Sequence record: SRR31156797_14023
DNA length: 36,458 nt
Reading direction: 5' to 3' (one strand)
The position numbers and the translations under genes were made by a program. The notes beneath the pieces are model-generated. The model made no database searches. It saw nothing but the letters and a program-made list of their open reading frames with translations, and had not been told where the DNA came from. The stretch's first letter is position 1. Each line of letters begins with the position of its first letter. This document shows, one piece after another, positions 11,293-21,838 of the stretch.

Positions 11293-12015
11293 TTGTCACA
11301 CACGGATCTCAGTCAACTCAAGTTTACCACCCATCATTTTTCCGCTGGCGTACGTAAATTTATCCCCATTTCTCTTTTTGTCGCTATCTTTGGCGCAGCT
11401 TTTGGTTTGGCAGCGTCTCAAACAGGAATCGACAATCTAGCTGCCATTTTAATGAGTGGTGCCGTTTTTGCTGGCGCTTCGCAATTTGGCAGTCTGGATT
11501 TATGGGGGACAGAGGTTCCTCTGCTCCCACTGATTGTCACCGTCTTTGCTATCAATGCTCGCCACCTATTGATGGGAGCATCGCTCTACCCTTGGCTGAA
11601 GCACCTTCCCGTTGTTAAACGTTACGCTGTGATGATGGTTGCATCAGATGCCAACTGGGCGATGTCACTGCAAGCGTTCAACAGAAATGAGCTGGGAAAA
11701 GCGCTGGGTATTTTGCTTGGAGGCGGTTTGACCATGTGGGTGTTCTGGATTATTGGCACTTGGGCCGGGCTAACGTTTGGCAGTGCGATTAGCGATCCAA
11801 AAGCTTTCGGTTTAGACATGGTAATGTCGTGCTTTCTTCTCACTATGGTCTTAGAAGGCAAAAAAGATAAACGAACAATCATGATTTGGGGTGGCGCGGC
11901 GACGGCTTCGATCTTCGCTTATCTCTACTTACCGGAGAACAGCCATGTATTTGCAGGAGCCATTGTTGGTGGGTTATTAGGAATCACATTAAAGGAAAAC
12001 AACAATGAGCATTGA
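11293..12015 (+). CDS. azlC: AzlC-family (LIV-E) amino acid exporter, large subunit
   Basis: MSGAVFAGASQF and INARHLLMGASL signature motifs; hydrophobic; TTG start with RBS AAGGA. Confidence 0.9.
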   Translation: MSHTDLSQLKFTTHHFSAGVRKFIPISLFVAIFGAAFGLAASQTGIDNLAAILMSGAVFAGASQFGSLDLWGTEVPLLPLIVTVFAINARHLLMGASLYPWLKHLPVVKRYAVMMVASDANWAMSLQAFNRNELGKALGILLGGGLTMWVFWIIGTWAGLTFGSAISDPKAFGLDMVMSCFLLTMVLEGKKDKRTIMIWGGAATASIFAYLYLPENSHVFAGAIVGGLLGITLKENNNEH

Positions 12016-12313
12016 TACGGCAGGAAACGGCACTCTACTCATTATTTTAATTATGGCGCTGGTAACATTAATTACCCGCTGGGGTGGCCTTTTTGTGATG
12101 AGCTTTGTTCCCATTAATCATAAAGTTCAGCAATTTATCGCTGCGATGTCTGGTTCTGTATTGGTTGCGATTATTGCCCCCTTGTTTATTGAAGGCGACT
12201 TAGGCGCTAAAGTGGCTCTTACGGCAACAGCCCTGTTTGCAGTCACAACCAAAAAACCGTTAACCGCCATTGCGTTAGGCATTGCTTTAGCCGCGTTCAC
12301 CCGGCAAATTTAA
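12005..12313 (+). CDS. azlD: AzlD-family small membrane subunit
   Basis: 102-aa hydrophobic protein overlapping the azlC end; MALVTLITRWGG motif. Confidence 0.85.
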   Translation: MSIDTAGNGTLLIILIMALVTLITRWGGLFVMSFVPINHKVQQFIAAMSGSVLVAIIAPLFIEGDLGAKVALTATALFAVTTKKPLTAIALGIALAAFTRQI

Positions 12314-12443
12314 ACACATTACTGCCAGATGCTTTCACAAACTTCTGACTGCAGCCTCTTACATTGAGCAATTTTGTTCAAGTTTTGTGGTAAGACTCTA
12401 CCTATACTGAGGCATATGGATAGGAAACGTTAAGGGAATAAAA

Positions 12444-13280
12444 GTGAGTAGTCACAAAGAAAATCACTTCCAGTTTAGTAGCAGTCAAGAGCAGCACATC
12501 ACTGCACTGGATGCCACTATGAGTGATTTTTCTTATGCCAAACACGCACATGAAGAATACTCTTTAGGTGTCACATTAAAAGGACGTCAGGATTTCTTCT
12601 GCCAAGGCGCTTTTCATAAGAGCCCTGCGGGCGGCGTACTTCTATTTAACCCTGAAGATGTGCACGATGGCCATTCTGGTGTTGATGAAAGCCTGGAATA
12701 CGTAATGCTTTATATCCACCCCAATGAATTTAAGCCGCTGTTCCAGGCATTGGGTTATAACCATAACGCGACGTTAAGACTTAACGCGCCTTTGATGAAT
12801 GACCCGATCCTAAAGCATCAGATTTTGTCATTACGTCATCTTATTGATCAACCCGCCCATTCAACCATAGAGTTTGAAAGTGGCTTGTTTAATATCGCGC
12901 AGTCTCTGGTAACAAAAGCGGGCAAGCTCGATTCAATCTATCACTCGCCATTGACTCGAAAAGACCGTCTGTTATGTCAGGCCAAAGAGTACATTAACGA
13001 CAATCTCGAACAGGATATTTCGATTGATGATATTGCTGAATCCGCAAGCATGTCGAAATATCACTTCATCCGTCTATTTCATCGTCAATTTGGTATCACA
13101 CCGCATCAGTACGTCCTAAACAGTCGCATTAATATCGCGCGAAAGTGGCTAGAAAAAGGTTTGTCATCCAGTCAGGTCGCTCAGCAATCCGGTTTTGCCG
13201 ACATTAGTCATCTTAATCGTCACTTCAAGCGCTCATTCGGCATGACACCGAAGCAATATCAACGACAACTGCTCGCGTAA
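12444..13280 (+). CDS. AraC-family transcriptional regulator
   Basis: Cupin-type N-domain (KHAHEEY, NPEDVHDG) and C-terminal HTHs (SKYHFIRLF, GFADISHLNRHFKRSFGMTP). Confidence 0.95.
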   Translation: MSSHKENHFQFSSSQEQHITALDATMSDFSYAKHAHEEYSLGVTLKGRQDFFCQGAFHKSPAGGVLLFNPEDVHDGHSGVDESLEYVMLYIHPNEFKPLFQALGYNHNATLRLNAPLMNDPILKHQILSLRHLIDQPAHSTIEFESGLFNIAQSLVTKAGKLDSIYHSPLTRKDRLLCQAKEYINDNLEQDISIDDIAESASMSKYHFIRLFHRQFGITPHQYVLNSRINIARKWLEKGLSSSQVAQQSGFADISHLNRHFKRSFGMTPKQYQRQLLA

Positions 13281-13314
13281 ATCTGAATCAAAAATCCATT
13301 ATCTGGAGCTTTCA

Positions 13315-13917
13315 ATGTTAGAAATTCTCGCTTATGCCATTGGTGTAATGTACACCCCTGGGCCTATCAATCTGCTTGGTCTCCATAGCGGACTTAACGG
13401 TAAAACTCGTGAACACATCGGCTTTTTCATCGGTGTCGGCTGCGCAATGTTCATTCTATTTCTCTTTCTGGGTTATCTCGGTTTAACCTTCATAAACCCC
13501 ACATTGCTGCCTTACGTGAGTCTAATTGGCTGTAGTTATATTTTATATATTGCTTGGAAAGTGGTGCGTTCTAACATCAACATCAACGATAATGCTGCCA
13601 AAGTATCCGTTCTTAGCTTCTCCAACGGATTAATCATGCAGCTACTGAATCCTAAAGCCCTCGTCGCGACATTGCCCATTTCTACCATTCAGTTTCCAGC
13701 AGCAGGAATAAGTGGCGGTGCAATTTTTGTGTGGTCATGCTTTTTGGCCACTCTGGCATTTGGCGCTCCGGGGAGCTATTCGCTCGTGGGAATGTTGATG
13801 GGTAAAAGAATAGAAAACCCGGGATATTTCAAAGTCTTTAACTTGTTCATGAGTGGATTACTCATCTTTGTGGCATTAAGCATTGGCTACGAACATGTTT
13901 ATCTCAAACTGGTTTAA
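13315..13917 (+). CDS. LysE/RhtB-family translocator
   Basis: TPGP near the N-terminus, GCSYILYIAWK, QLLNPKA motifs. Confidence 0.92.
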   Translation: MLEILAYAIGVMYTPGPINLLGLHSGLNGKTREHIGFFIGVGCAMFILFLFLGYLGLTFINPTLLPYVSLIGCSYILYIAWKVVRSNININDNAAKVSVLSFSNGLIMQLLNPKALVATLPISTIQFPAAGISGGAIFVWSCFLATLAFGAPGSYSLVGMLMGKRIENPGYFKVFNLFMSGLLIFVALSIGYEHVYLKLV

Positions 13918-14034
13918 TGGTCTTATCAAACTGCTTGGTAGACGTTATACCACTACTCACTTGTTTACTTTCTCGTCAAACCGATCTCTTTTGCAACACG
14001 TCGCAGTAACAATGTATACCGCACTGAAAATGTA

Positions 14035-14068
14035 AAGCCGCAGTCATTCAACATGCTGCGGCTTTTTG
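14035..14068. terminator. Probably bidirectional terminator
   Basis: AAAGCCGCAG...CTGCGGCTTTTT, between the LysE gene and the convergent RND remnant. Confidence 0.75.
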
Positions 14069-14070
14069 AT

Positions 14071-14205
14071 CTAATCAACGTTGTTATTTGCTCTGAAAAT
14101 CAGCGCATACAGTATGGGTAGCACCACCATAGTGAGTACCGGCGCGAATACGAGCCCACCAATAGTGACCAAGCCGATTGACTTAGGACTTTTGGCGCGG
14201 ATCAT
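14071..14205 (-). pseudogene. 44-codon ORF resembling the last transmembrane helix of an AcrB/RND efflux permease (gene remnant or small membrane protein)
   Basis: Hand translation MIRAKSPKSIGLVTIGGLVFAPVLTMVVLPILYALIFRANNNVD*; matches the RND TM12 pattern GGL..A..LT..V.P.LY. Below the ORF-track size cut-off. Confidence 0.7.
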
Positions 14206-14612
14206 AATAGGAGATAGCTCTTTAAAGTAGATTTTTCACCTTCTCTTCTTAGTTTAAACCACTGGCTTACCTATCAAACTTGTGAAGTTAACTTTCCCAG
14301 GAATCAAAAAACTCTCTTAATTTCAGCAAGTTCAAGCATATTTTAGCACTAATAATCATAAAGTTAGTCACAAAATCAATCATTTATAATGCTAAAATAA
14401 TCATTACAACCAATACATTTCATTGATCACGCGTAAAACATCACCAAAACTTATGGATAATAATGCACCCATAATTAAAGAGTCATAATGACTCAAGGTC
14501 ATCTATCCTTAAGAATTAAATAGTAAAACGTACTAGTAGATAGCAGAACACGAAAACCCTCGGCCAAAATCGGGTGTGAACAACCAATTTATTCATTTCA
14601 TTCGAGACAGTT

Positions 14613-16493
14613 ATGAACAGATTTAAGATGCAAACTATCGGCACATTGAGCCTCCTCATCGCTGCGATTGTTATTCTAATTGCCGCGTTAGATTACCGAG
14701 CCTTTAGAAATGAGAGTATTTATCAGCATAAAGAGATGCTGAGGGAACAAAATGCAACCATGGAGGCCACTCTCAACGCGAAGTTTATGAGCTACCAAAG
14801 TGAACTAGCAGCAATCAGCACATTTGAAGGGGATACTGAAGGCGGAAGTCTGGCGACTCATGTTATTCGCCAGCTAAGAACGCTAAAGAGAATCCAACAA
14901 GAGGTCAGCGAAGATATTGCAATCCTCACCCAAGAAGGCAGCTTGTATAATTCAGATGGTGAAAAACTGCCTTTTAACGCCAAGCAAATGAATCGCTCTT
15001 ATTACAACGCCGTGTTTAATCAGGGCAAACAGTTCTACGTTTCAGAACCGTTTAACTCGGCAAGTTCAGGTAATTTAGTGATTGCGGTTATCTATAAGCT
15101 CAACGACGAAACGGCCGTTACTGCCAACATTAAAGCCAGTGCGGTATTAGGTAGCTTCGCAGACAAAGACAACATGTTCCTTTACGCTCATGACGGCACC
15201 ATTTTACACTCTCCTTATCCAGAGCTTATTGGCAAAAATATCTTTGATCAACGCCCTTTATACAAGCAGTTCAGCGAAGAGAATCCTGAACTAAGTTATA
15301 GTGCTGTTGTGAGTGGAAAAGACACTAATTTTACGGCGTTTTGGACAAGCTTAGATATTAGCGGCTGGAGTTTTGTCACCTTTGTACCAGACCGAGAAAT
15401 TGCCCAAGGAGCAAATGACCAGCTCATTTCCGCTGCGATCACGGGCTTATTGTGTATGGCTGTTGCTGGCCTGATACTGATGTTCATCATCAATAAGTTA
15501 GTGCTAAAACCTGTTGGTGGCGCACCTGAAGAGATTGCGGCACTAATGGAAGAAATGGCAGCGGGCAACCTCTCTCACAACTTTAATAAGACCGGCAAAG
15601 AGACGGGTATTTATCTCTCTTTGGTCAATCTTTCAGGCCAACTGTCTACACTCATAAAAAACTCTCTGAGCATCTCAGAAAATGTTTCCTCGGCGGCACA
15701 AGAGCTCAATGCCGTGATGAACGAAACCCAAAATAACGCCCAAGATGAACTGCAACAAATGGAGCAAGTGTCTACGGCAGTCAACCAACTTTCATCGACT
15801 TCTCAGGAAGTCAGTAGCAAAGCCGTCATGGCCGAAGATGAAGCAAGCAAAACTCAGGACAGCGTAACCAGCGGTAAGCAGACGCTAGAGCAAAACATTA
15901 ACCTAACCGATAAAATCAACCAATCAGTGACTAACACAGCGAGTATCGTCAGTGAACTTGGTCAATTGGTGTTGGAAATTGGCACTGTGACTGAAGTGAT
16001 CAACAACATTTCAGAACAAACCAACCTACTCGCCCTCAATGCAGCTATTGAAGCAGCACGTGCTGGCGAACAAGGCAGAGGTTTCTCTGTTGTGGCTGAT
16101 GAAGTTCGCGTACTCGCGACTCGAACTCAAGAATCAACGGTGAGTATTCAGAAAATCATTGAAAGATTGCGTGGCCAATCAGATATGGCCAATAAGAATA
16201 TGATGGAAAATGTTGATTTAATTGAGGAATCCGTCACTTTGGCTGACCAAATTAAAGCGGCATTCGAAGAAATTGCATCGGCATCGCAATCCATCTCTGA
16301 TATCAACACCTTAGTTGCCACCGCTTCCCAGCAACAGTTCGCGGTAACGGAAGATATTTCACAGTCCATTACGAATACCTTTGATTTAGTCAACCGTAAC
16401 GTCTCTGCTATCCACCAAACTCTGCAAGCTTCATCAGAACTAGCTCAACTTGCAGAAGCTCAGACTCACGAACTTCAGTTCTTTAAAGTCTAA
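14613..16493 (+). CDS. Methyl-accepting chemotaxis protein with a Cache-type periplasmic sensor
   Basis: Two TM segments, Cache-like motifs (RSYY, YVSEPF, GTILHSP, GWSFV), signalling tip [34 protein letters not shown]. Confidence 0.95.
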   Translation: MNRFKMQTIGTLSLLIAAIVILIAALDYRAFRNESIYQHKEMLREQNATMEATLNAKFMSYQSELAAISTFEGDTEGGSLATHVIRQLRTLKRIQQEVSEDIAILTQEGSLYNSDGEKLPFNAKQMNRSYYNAVFNQGKQFYVSEPFNSASSGNLVIAVIYKLNDETAVTANIKASAVLGSFADKDNMFLYAHDGTILHSPYPELIGKNIFDQRPLYKQFSEENPELSYSAVVSGKDTNFTAFWTSLDISGWSFVTFVPDREIAQGANDQLISAAITGLLCMAVAGLILMFIINKLVLKPVGGAPEEIAALMEEMAAGNLSHNFNKTGKETGIYLSLVNLSGQLSTLIKNSLSISENVSSAAQELNAVMNETQNNAQDELQQMEQVSTAVNQLSSTSQEVSSKAVMAEDEASKTQDSVTSGKQTLEQNINLTDKINQSVTNTASIVSELGQLVLEIGTVTEVINNISEQTNLLALNAAIEAARAGEQGRGFSVVADEVRVLATRTQESTVSIQKIIERLRGQSDMANKNMMENVDLIEESVTLADQIKAAFEEIASASQSISDINTLVATASQQQFAVTEDISQSITNTFDLVNRNVSAIHQTLQASSELAQLAEAQTHELQFFKV

Positions 16494-16502
16494 ATAACCT
16501 TA

Positions 16503-16543
16503 TTTACACCAACGTCCGACAAATCAGGGGGCGTTGGTGTAAA
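16503..16543. terminator. Hairpin between the MCP and diguanylate cyclase genes
   Basis: TTTACACCAACG...CGTTGGTGTAAA, 12-bp perfect arms; no U-tract on +. Confidence 0.5.
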
Positions 16544-16590
16544 CTACAGATACCCAGCACTATCCGATTGTTAGCTAAGCAAGGTATCTC

Positions 16591-17961
16591 ATGTCTGTTT
16601 TTAACTGGTCGCAAACTTCGATTAAAAACAAAATTGGCGGACTGTTTCTCGTCCTGCTAACGTTTTTGTTTTTTGTTATTGTCTATTCCAGTTACAAAAT
16701 CAAACTGATCGATACTGAAATGCGTGAAGTGGCCTTTCTCGATATCCCGTTAAGTAAAATCATGACTCAAGTAGAATTTATTGAGCTTGAACAGCATCTG
16801 CTTTACGAGCAATTTCGCCAAGATGGTTCTAACTCTTACTCCAGCTTGAAACTGCACCAACAGCTCGCTTTTCAAAAGAAGAACCTCAAAACGCTGCTCG
16901 ATAAAGCAATCAGCATGATCCAGCAATATATCGACTCAAAACAGTTGGTATTGAACCAAGAAGACCATCAACTCGTTCTACTCGCGATAGAAAACTACCA
17001 ACAACAAAGCGTTGAATTTGAAGCCTTATTGGAAGAACAGCTTAACAGTGATTCCATCACTCCTATACAGCAGCAACGTATGGAAACGCTGGCGACTCAA
17101 TTGGAACAATCAGGCAACGCGATTATCAAACAGTTAAGTGATATCACCACTCAAGATGCGTATTACACAGAAAAGCATGAGCAAGAGTTTCTACTGATAA
17201 ACTCTTTACTCGGCGTTAGTGCACTTGTTCTTGGACTTTTCCTTACCATAACCATCACCAAAATTATTCTGCAGCGCATCCGCCGCATTCAACAGGAAAT
17301 CCAAACCCTCAACAACACTCTGGATTCAAGCAATAGCTCAACATCACAGCTTAAACAGCCTCTCGAGACCAAAGACGAGTTGGCCGAGCTGGAGAGTGAA
17401 GTCAAAGCGGTTCTTTCGCGGCTTAACAAAGAGATGACCAGCAGAGAGAAGATGGAACAGCACTTACTCACGCTGGCAACACAGGACAAACTGACTGGCG
17501 CCTTCAATCGACATAAGTGGAAAGAGCAAATCGAAGTACACATCAATCTAGCCCAACGGGGTAACTACCAATTTGGCCTGATTCTACTCGATATCGACTT
17601 TTTTAAAGCGGTCAATGACAACTACGGCCACCTTGTAGGAGATTCACTATTACATTGTATTGCTTCAACCATTCAGAAACGGCTGCGTTCAACAGACATG
17701 TTATTCCGCATTGGCGGCGAAGAGTTTGCCATTCTATTACCCATGCAAGAACTCCACGCTTCCTACGCCCTTGCCGAAGGGCTACGATCACAAGTCGCCA
17801 AGCTCAAGTTTGAAGGCCTACCACAGTGCACCATCAGCGCAGGTGTCACCAACTATCAATTTAACGATACAGAGACAACCATTTTTACCCGGGCAGACAA
17901 AGCGCTGTACCAAGCCAAAGCTGAAGGAAGAAATCGGGCGGTTGAAATTGATGGTCAGTAA
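16591..17961 (+). CDS. Membrane-bound diguanylate cyclase (GGDEF domain)
   Basis: TM, helical periplasmic domain, TM, HAMP-like segment; DKLTGAFNR, DIDFFKAVND, intact GGEEF and an RxxD I-site (RSTD) five residues upstream. Confidence 0.93.
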   Translation: MSVFNWSQTSIKNKIGGLFLVLLTFLFFVIVYSSYKIKLIDTEMREVAFLDIPLSKIMTQVEFIELEQHLLYEQFRQDGSNSYSSLKLHQQLAFQKKNLKTLLDKAISMIQQYIDSKQLVLNQEDHQLVLLAIENYQQQSVEFEALLEEQLNSDSITPIQQQRMETLATQLEQSGNAIIKQLSDITTQDAYYTEKHEQEFLLINSLLGVSALVLGLFLTITITKIILQRIRRIQQEIQTLNNTLDSSNSSTSQLKQPLETKDELAELESEVKAVLSRLNKEMTSREKMEQHLLTLATQDKLTGAFNRHKWKEQIEVHINLAQRGNYQFGLILLDIDFFKAVNDNYGHLVGDSLLHCIASTIQKRLRSTDMLFRIGGEEFAILLPMQELHASYALAEGLRSQVAKLKFEGLPQCTISAGVTNYQFNDTETTIFTRADKALYQAKAEGRNRAVEIDGQ

Positions 17962-18001
17962 AGTCAACTCCGCTCTTCCAACCACGCGATTTGTCGAATT
18001 T

Positions 18002-18781
18002 TTATAATCGCTTTTTCCGATACAAACTGGTCCAACAATAGAGCGCTAAGCCAATAAGTAGAAATGGGATACTGAGTAACTGCCCCATCGACAACATCGA
18101 TTCCGTCGTAAAGGCCGCTTGTTTCTGCTTAGCAAACTCAATGACGAATCGTGCACTAAAGGTCAGAAACAAAAAGATTCCTAGCAAAGCACCCGGTGAA
18201 TTTGCCGCATGCCCTCTTCGATAAAGAGTCCAAAGCAGTGCAAATATCGCCAAATAACAAATTGCTTCATAGAGTTGCACCGGATGCCTTGAGATATTAT
18301 CCACTCGTTGGAACACTATTGCCCAAGGCAAACTTGTTGGGGTACCAAGTATTTCAGAGTTGATAAAATTAGCGAGTCGTACGAATACGGCGAAGATAGT
18401 CGTCGAAATAGCGAGTCTGTCCAATAACCATAGCTTATCAAGTTGATAACGTTTGGCATGGTATAGAACAGCAATTAGGACACCAACACCGCCGCCATGA
18501 CTAGCAAGCCCACCTTCCCATATCGCAAGTATTTTTAAAGGATTCGCCAAGTAGTAGTCAGGGTCATAAAACAAACAGTGCCCGAGCCTAGCACCGACAA
18601 CAATGCCTATGATAGCGCTGATCAGTAATGAATCGAGTATGGCTAATGAAACTTTTTCAGCGATAAAAACACCTTTCATCACTTGGAACCCAGCCACAAT
18701 GGCTAGGGCGAACAACACGCCATACCAATGTATTTTCAGTGGTCCCAAAGCTATAAGTACCGGGTCAACATACCACTCCAT
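18002..18781 (-). CDS. lgt: Prolipoprotein diacylglyceryl transferase (probably a second paralogue)
   Basis: IHWYG, GARLGH, WEGGLASHGG, RLANFINSEILG, RHPVQLYE, RFVIEF. Start moved from 18832 to ATG 18781, which has GGAGG upstream (259 aa). Confidence 0.93.
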   Translation of the reverse strand: MEWYVDPVLIALGPLKIHWYGVLFALAIVAGFQVMKGVFIAEKVSLAILDSLLISAIIGIVVGARLGHCLFYDPDYYLANPLKILAIWEGGLASHGGGVGVLIAVLYHAKRYQLDKLWLLDRLAISTTIFAVFVRLANFINSEILGTPTSLPWAIVFQRVDNISRHPVQLYEAICYLAIFALLWTLYRRGHAANSPGALLGIFLFLTFSARFVIEFAKQKQAAFTTESMLSMGQLLSIPFLLIGLALYCWTSLYRKKRL

Positions 18782-18926
18782 GTCGCCGCTTACCTCCAGT
18801 GTTCTCGATGCAAAATATAAATTCAGCCACATACTCGGTTATTCGTCTGTGCGCGTCAAATAAGAGTCACATTGCTTGCAAGATATGCGATGCCTTAGTC
18901 ATACGTAAGGCATGCAAGGGCTATTG

Positions 18927-20675
18927 CTAATGAGTTTTAAATTTCCCAACCACGATAGTGAGATCAGAAGATGTGCTATCTAAGCGTTGGCTTAAGATTT
19001 CAGACTCAGCAGCATCCCTGTTAAGTTGTTCAATCAACGTTTGTATCACTTCTAAATTTTTACTTAGTTCATTGGTCACCTGACTCTGCTCTTCAGCCGA
19101 TGTGGCCATCAGCGTATTCAGATCATTAATCTCACTGACCGAAGATGTCACTGTATGTAACGACTCCATCACTTTGTGGGTGTTCTCTGCTGTCGATTGA
19201 CAACTTAACCTAGTCGAATCCATCTGACTCACTGCATTTTCACTCGCTTGCTGTAGTTTTCCTAACATGCTGTTTATCTGCGCAGTACTTTGTTGTGTTC
19301 GTCCAGCCAATGCTCGCACTTCATCCGCGACAACAGCAAACCCTCTTCCCTGCTCGCCCGCTCGCGCGGCTTCGATTGCAGCGTTCAATGCAAGTAAATT
19401 CGTCTGCTCGGCGATATCACCAATAATTTGTAGAACCGCACCAATGGCTTTCGTTTCAGTGCTCATATCCAAAATCGTGTCTGACATTCGAGTAATATCG
19501 GACTCAAGTGTCACAACACTAGTTTCTGCATCATTCACCGCTTGTTTAGAGATGTTCGCTATGTCATTAGCTTGTTCAGTTAAGTTCGCCGCAGTTGACG
19601 TACTATTAGCAATAGAGCCAGCTGCAATTTTCATCTCTTCAATAGCGGAGATAACCAGTTCTGATTCTGTTACGTGTGCCTTTAGCATTTCATTATGCTT
19701 CTTGGATTTTTCCATCATTTGGGCCACCGCCTCATCAATAGATTTAGATGAGTTTAAAATGTCCACAAATAGGATCCTAAGCTGTTCGATAAACTGATTA
19801 ATTGAGCCGGAGATTCTCCCTATTTCATCTTGTGACTTAACCTCTAACTTTTGAGTTAAATCTCCAGAGCCTTGAGATAAGCTTGAAACAACACCTTGTA
19901 AATGTAATAAAGGTTTGAACGCGTAACTCAGAATCAGGATTGAAATCGCAATAATAATAACCGTGCTAATAAGCAAAGCCAACGTAATCATTTTATTCAA
20001 ATAATCAGTATTATGTTGAATTATATCAAGATCAATATAGCCTGTTAATGCCCACACTTGATCGATAAACTTAATCTCTCGCTTTATTGGAATTAAATTT
20101 CCGTTCGTTTTATTAGAATAAATAGTAACATCATTTTGAGAGACTAACTCCAAATAGCTGCCTTCCAACTGAAATTTCTCAAGTAACGCTTCAAAGTCAC
20201 TCAAATCTATATCAAAGAATGTTGTCGATCTATCTCGATGCTTTACGATAATCGTCATGATCGGCTTACCATCTTGAATCATTACCGGCAGTATCTTAAC
20301 GGGTTCATCTAGACTCTCAGCCGCACGAATAAAAGGCTCGGCGTCTTCGTCGCTTAAGGTTCCATTGTTATCAAAAACAAAACCTTGAACAATCTTAGTA
20401 ATTTTTTCGAAACCAGAATTTTCCTGAACTGACTTAATATCAATAACGCCAATTTTTAAGTTTTCCGCCATTGATATTTTGGCGTTGAGTTCACTATTTA
20501 ACTTGTCTTCAACCAAAGTAATATTATGACGAATATTTTTCGTATCAGACTGATGAATATAATCCTTAATAAAATGGTTAACACTAAAATAGGAAACCAT
20601 AATAGTAAAAGAGATGATAACTATTATTAAAAATATGATCTTAATTTTAAAAGATACATTTTTCATACGAATCAC
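18927..20675 (-). CDS. Methyl-accepting chemotaxis protein
   Basis: Two TMs, HAMP ([16 protein letters not shown]), [34 protein letters not shown]. Confidence 0.95.
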   Translation of the reverse strand: MIRMKNVSFKIKIIFLIIVIISFTIMVSYFSVNHFIKDYIHQSDTKNIRHNITLVEDKLNSELNAKISMAENLKIGVIDIKSVQENSGFEKITKIVQGFVFDNNGTLSDEDAEPFIRAAESLDEPVKILPVMIQDGKPIMTIIVKHRDRSTTFFDIDLSDFEALLEKFQLEGSYLELVSQNDVTIYSNKTNGNLIPIKREIKFIDQVWALTGYIDLDIIQHNTDYLNKMITLALLISTVIIIAISILILSYAFKPLLHLQGVVSSLSQGSGDLTQKLEVKSQDEIGRISGSINQFIEQLRILFVDILNSSKSIDEAVAQMMEKSKKHNEMLKAHVTESELVISAIEEMKIAAGSIANSTSTAANLTEQANDIANISKQAVNDAETSVVTLESDITRMSDTILDMSTETKAIGAVLQIIGDIAEQTNLLALNAAIEAARAGEQGRGFAVVADEVRALAGRTQQSTAQINSMLGKLQQASENAVSQMDSTRLSCQSTAENTHKVMESLHTVTSSVSEINDLNTLMATSAEEQSQVTNELSKNLEVIQTLIEQLNRDAAESEILSQRLDSTSSDLTIVVGKFKTH

Positions 20676-20708
20676 GCCTAATGTGAATGTTTAAATTAGT
20701 AAATCAAA

Positions 20709-20743
20709 TAAAAATAACCTCAAACATATCGCTGTTTGAGGCT
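20709..20743 (-). terminator. Terminator after the nanM pair
   Basis: Minus strand AGCCTCAAACA-gcgata-TGTTTGAGGTT followed by ATTTTT. Confidence 0.75.
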
Positions 20744-20762
20744 ACTAAAATAGTATTTAATA

Positions 20763-21824
20763 TCAATACAGGGTATAACAGCGCCTTTGTGCTTCACCTA
20801 AGCTATTTTCGCCACCGATGATGTACATACGCTGTTCGGAAGAAACAGAAAGTCCATACGCTAACCCTTCACCAAATTCACCCGCAAAGCTCCAATTTTC
20901 GCCATCGAACGTCCAAATCTTATTTGTGAAGTGCTTTTTGAGTCCTTGATGGGTATAGAGCTTTCCTTGCTTTAGGTTATTTTGGCTACCAATAAAGTAT
21001 GCGCCACCATAGACAACAATTTGATTCCCCAACGTCTCGACAAAATGTCCTGCCAGCCCTTCATGTTCATAGTCCATGGAGGCAATTGATGAACATAAAG
21101 CGCTCTGATTGATTGCGGTATTCGAAAAGTCATATTGCTTGGTTTGCAAACTTCTCAAACCGGGTTTTACTTCCCCTTCAACGAGAGTAATAACATCCCC
21201 CGACTGCGTTATTCCTGCACCGCAGTTTGCTAAAAAAGTATTTTTTCCAATGATTGACCAGTAGTTACCAGCAGGGTGATACTTCCAAATATCTTGGTTC
21301 CAGCCATAAGCCGCAATATCTTGCGACATAAACTGGGTGAGCAACTCACGATGTTGCTCTGTCGAGGATTGAGGGTCGATTTTCGACAGCTCTCTAACAA
21401 ATTTATCGAAGGTTTCTTTGCTGTAGCCGCCGAAGAAAACAATTTCGCCTGTACTTAACGCTGTACATGAGGCTCCGAGAAATCCAATCGGTAATAAGCA
21501 TTCCAATGGTTTCCAACTATTCTCCACACTATTGAACTCATAGCCGTCCAGTAAAACGGTGGGGTGATGGTTTCCTACCTCAATACCCGCTCCTGAAAAT
21601 ACGTAGAGTTTGTCATTGCATACCGTATATGCTGCATCTTCACGAGCACAGCCAGGAAACTCTGGTGCAGACTGCCAATTTAATTCTGGTTTATCCAAAT
21701 CAAAATAAAAAAACTGCTTTCCTGCGCTCCCCAGACCAACATAGATCTTACGGTCAAGTAAACCGCCCACACCATGCTTAATGCCGACCGGAAGGTCGGC
21801 AATAGCGTCGATAACTAACGACAT
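20763..21824 (-). CDS. nanM: N-acetylneuraminate epimerase/mutarotase-like Kelch protein without a signal peptide
   Basis: Kelch beta-propeller repeats (IYVGLGSAG, LYVFSG, FFGGY), GEVKPGLR motif; paralogue of the adjacent gene. Confidence 0.85.
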   Translation of the reverse strand: MSLVIDAIADLPVGIKHGVGGLLDRKIYVGLGSAGKQFFYFDLDKPELNWQSAPEFPGCAREDAAYTVCNDKLYVFSGAGIEVGNHHPTVLLDGYEFNSVENSWKPLECLLPIGFLGASCTALSTGEIVFFGGYSKETFDKFVRELSKIDPQSSTEQHRELLTQFMSQDIAAYGWNQDIWKYHPAGNYWSIIGKNTFLANCGAGITQSGDVITLVEGEVKPGLRSLQTKQYDFSNTAINQSALCSSIASMDYEHEGLAGHFVETLGNQIVVYGGAYFIGSQNNLKQGKLYTHQGLKKHFTNKIWTFDGENWSFAGEFGEGLAYGLSVSSEQRMYIIGGENSLGEAQRRCYTLY

Positions 21825-21838
21825 AAATTCCTCTTGTT

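Noticed and set aside
12416-12432. GGATAGGAAACGTTA before araC resembles the attI-like edge at 32839-32856
   Set aside because: Short similarity with none of the accompanying inverted repeats; probably chance.
14385-14410. Fur-box-like AT-rich sequence upstream of the first MCP
   Set aside because: Best alignment is about 11/19 in a very AT-rich stretch; not significant.
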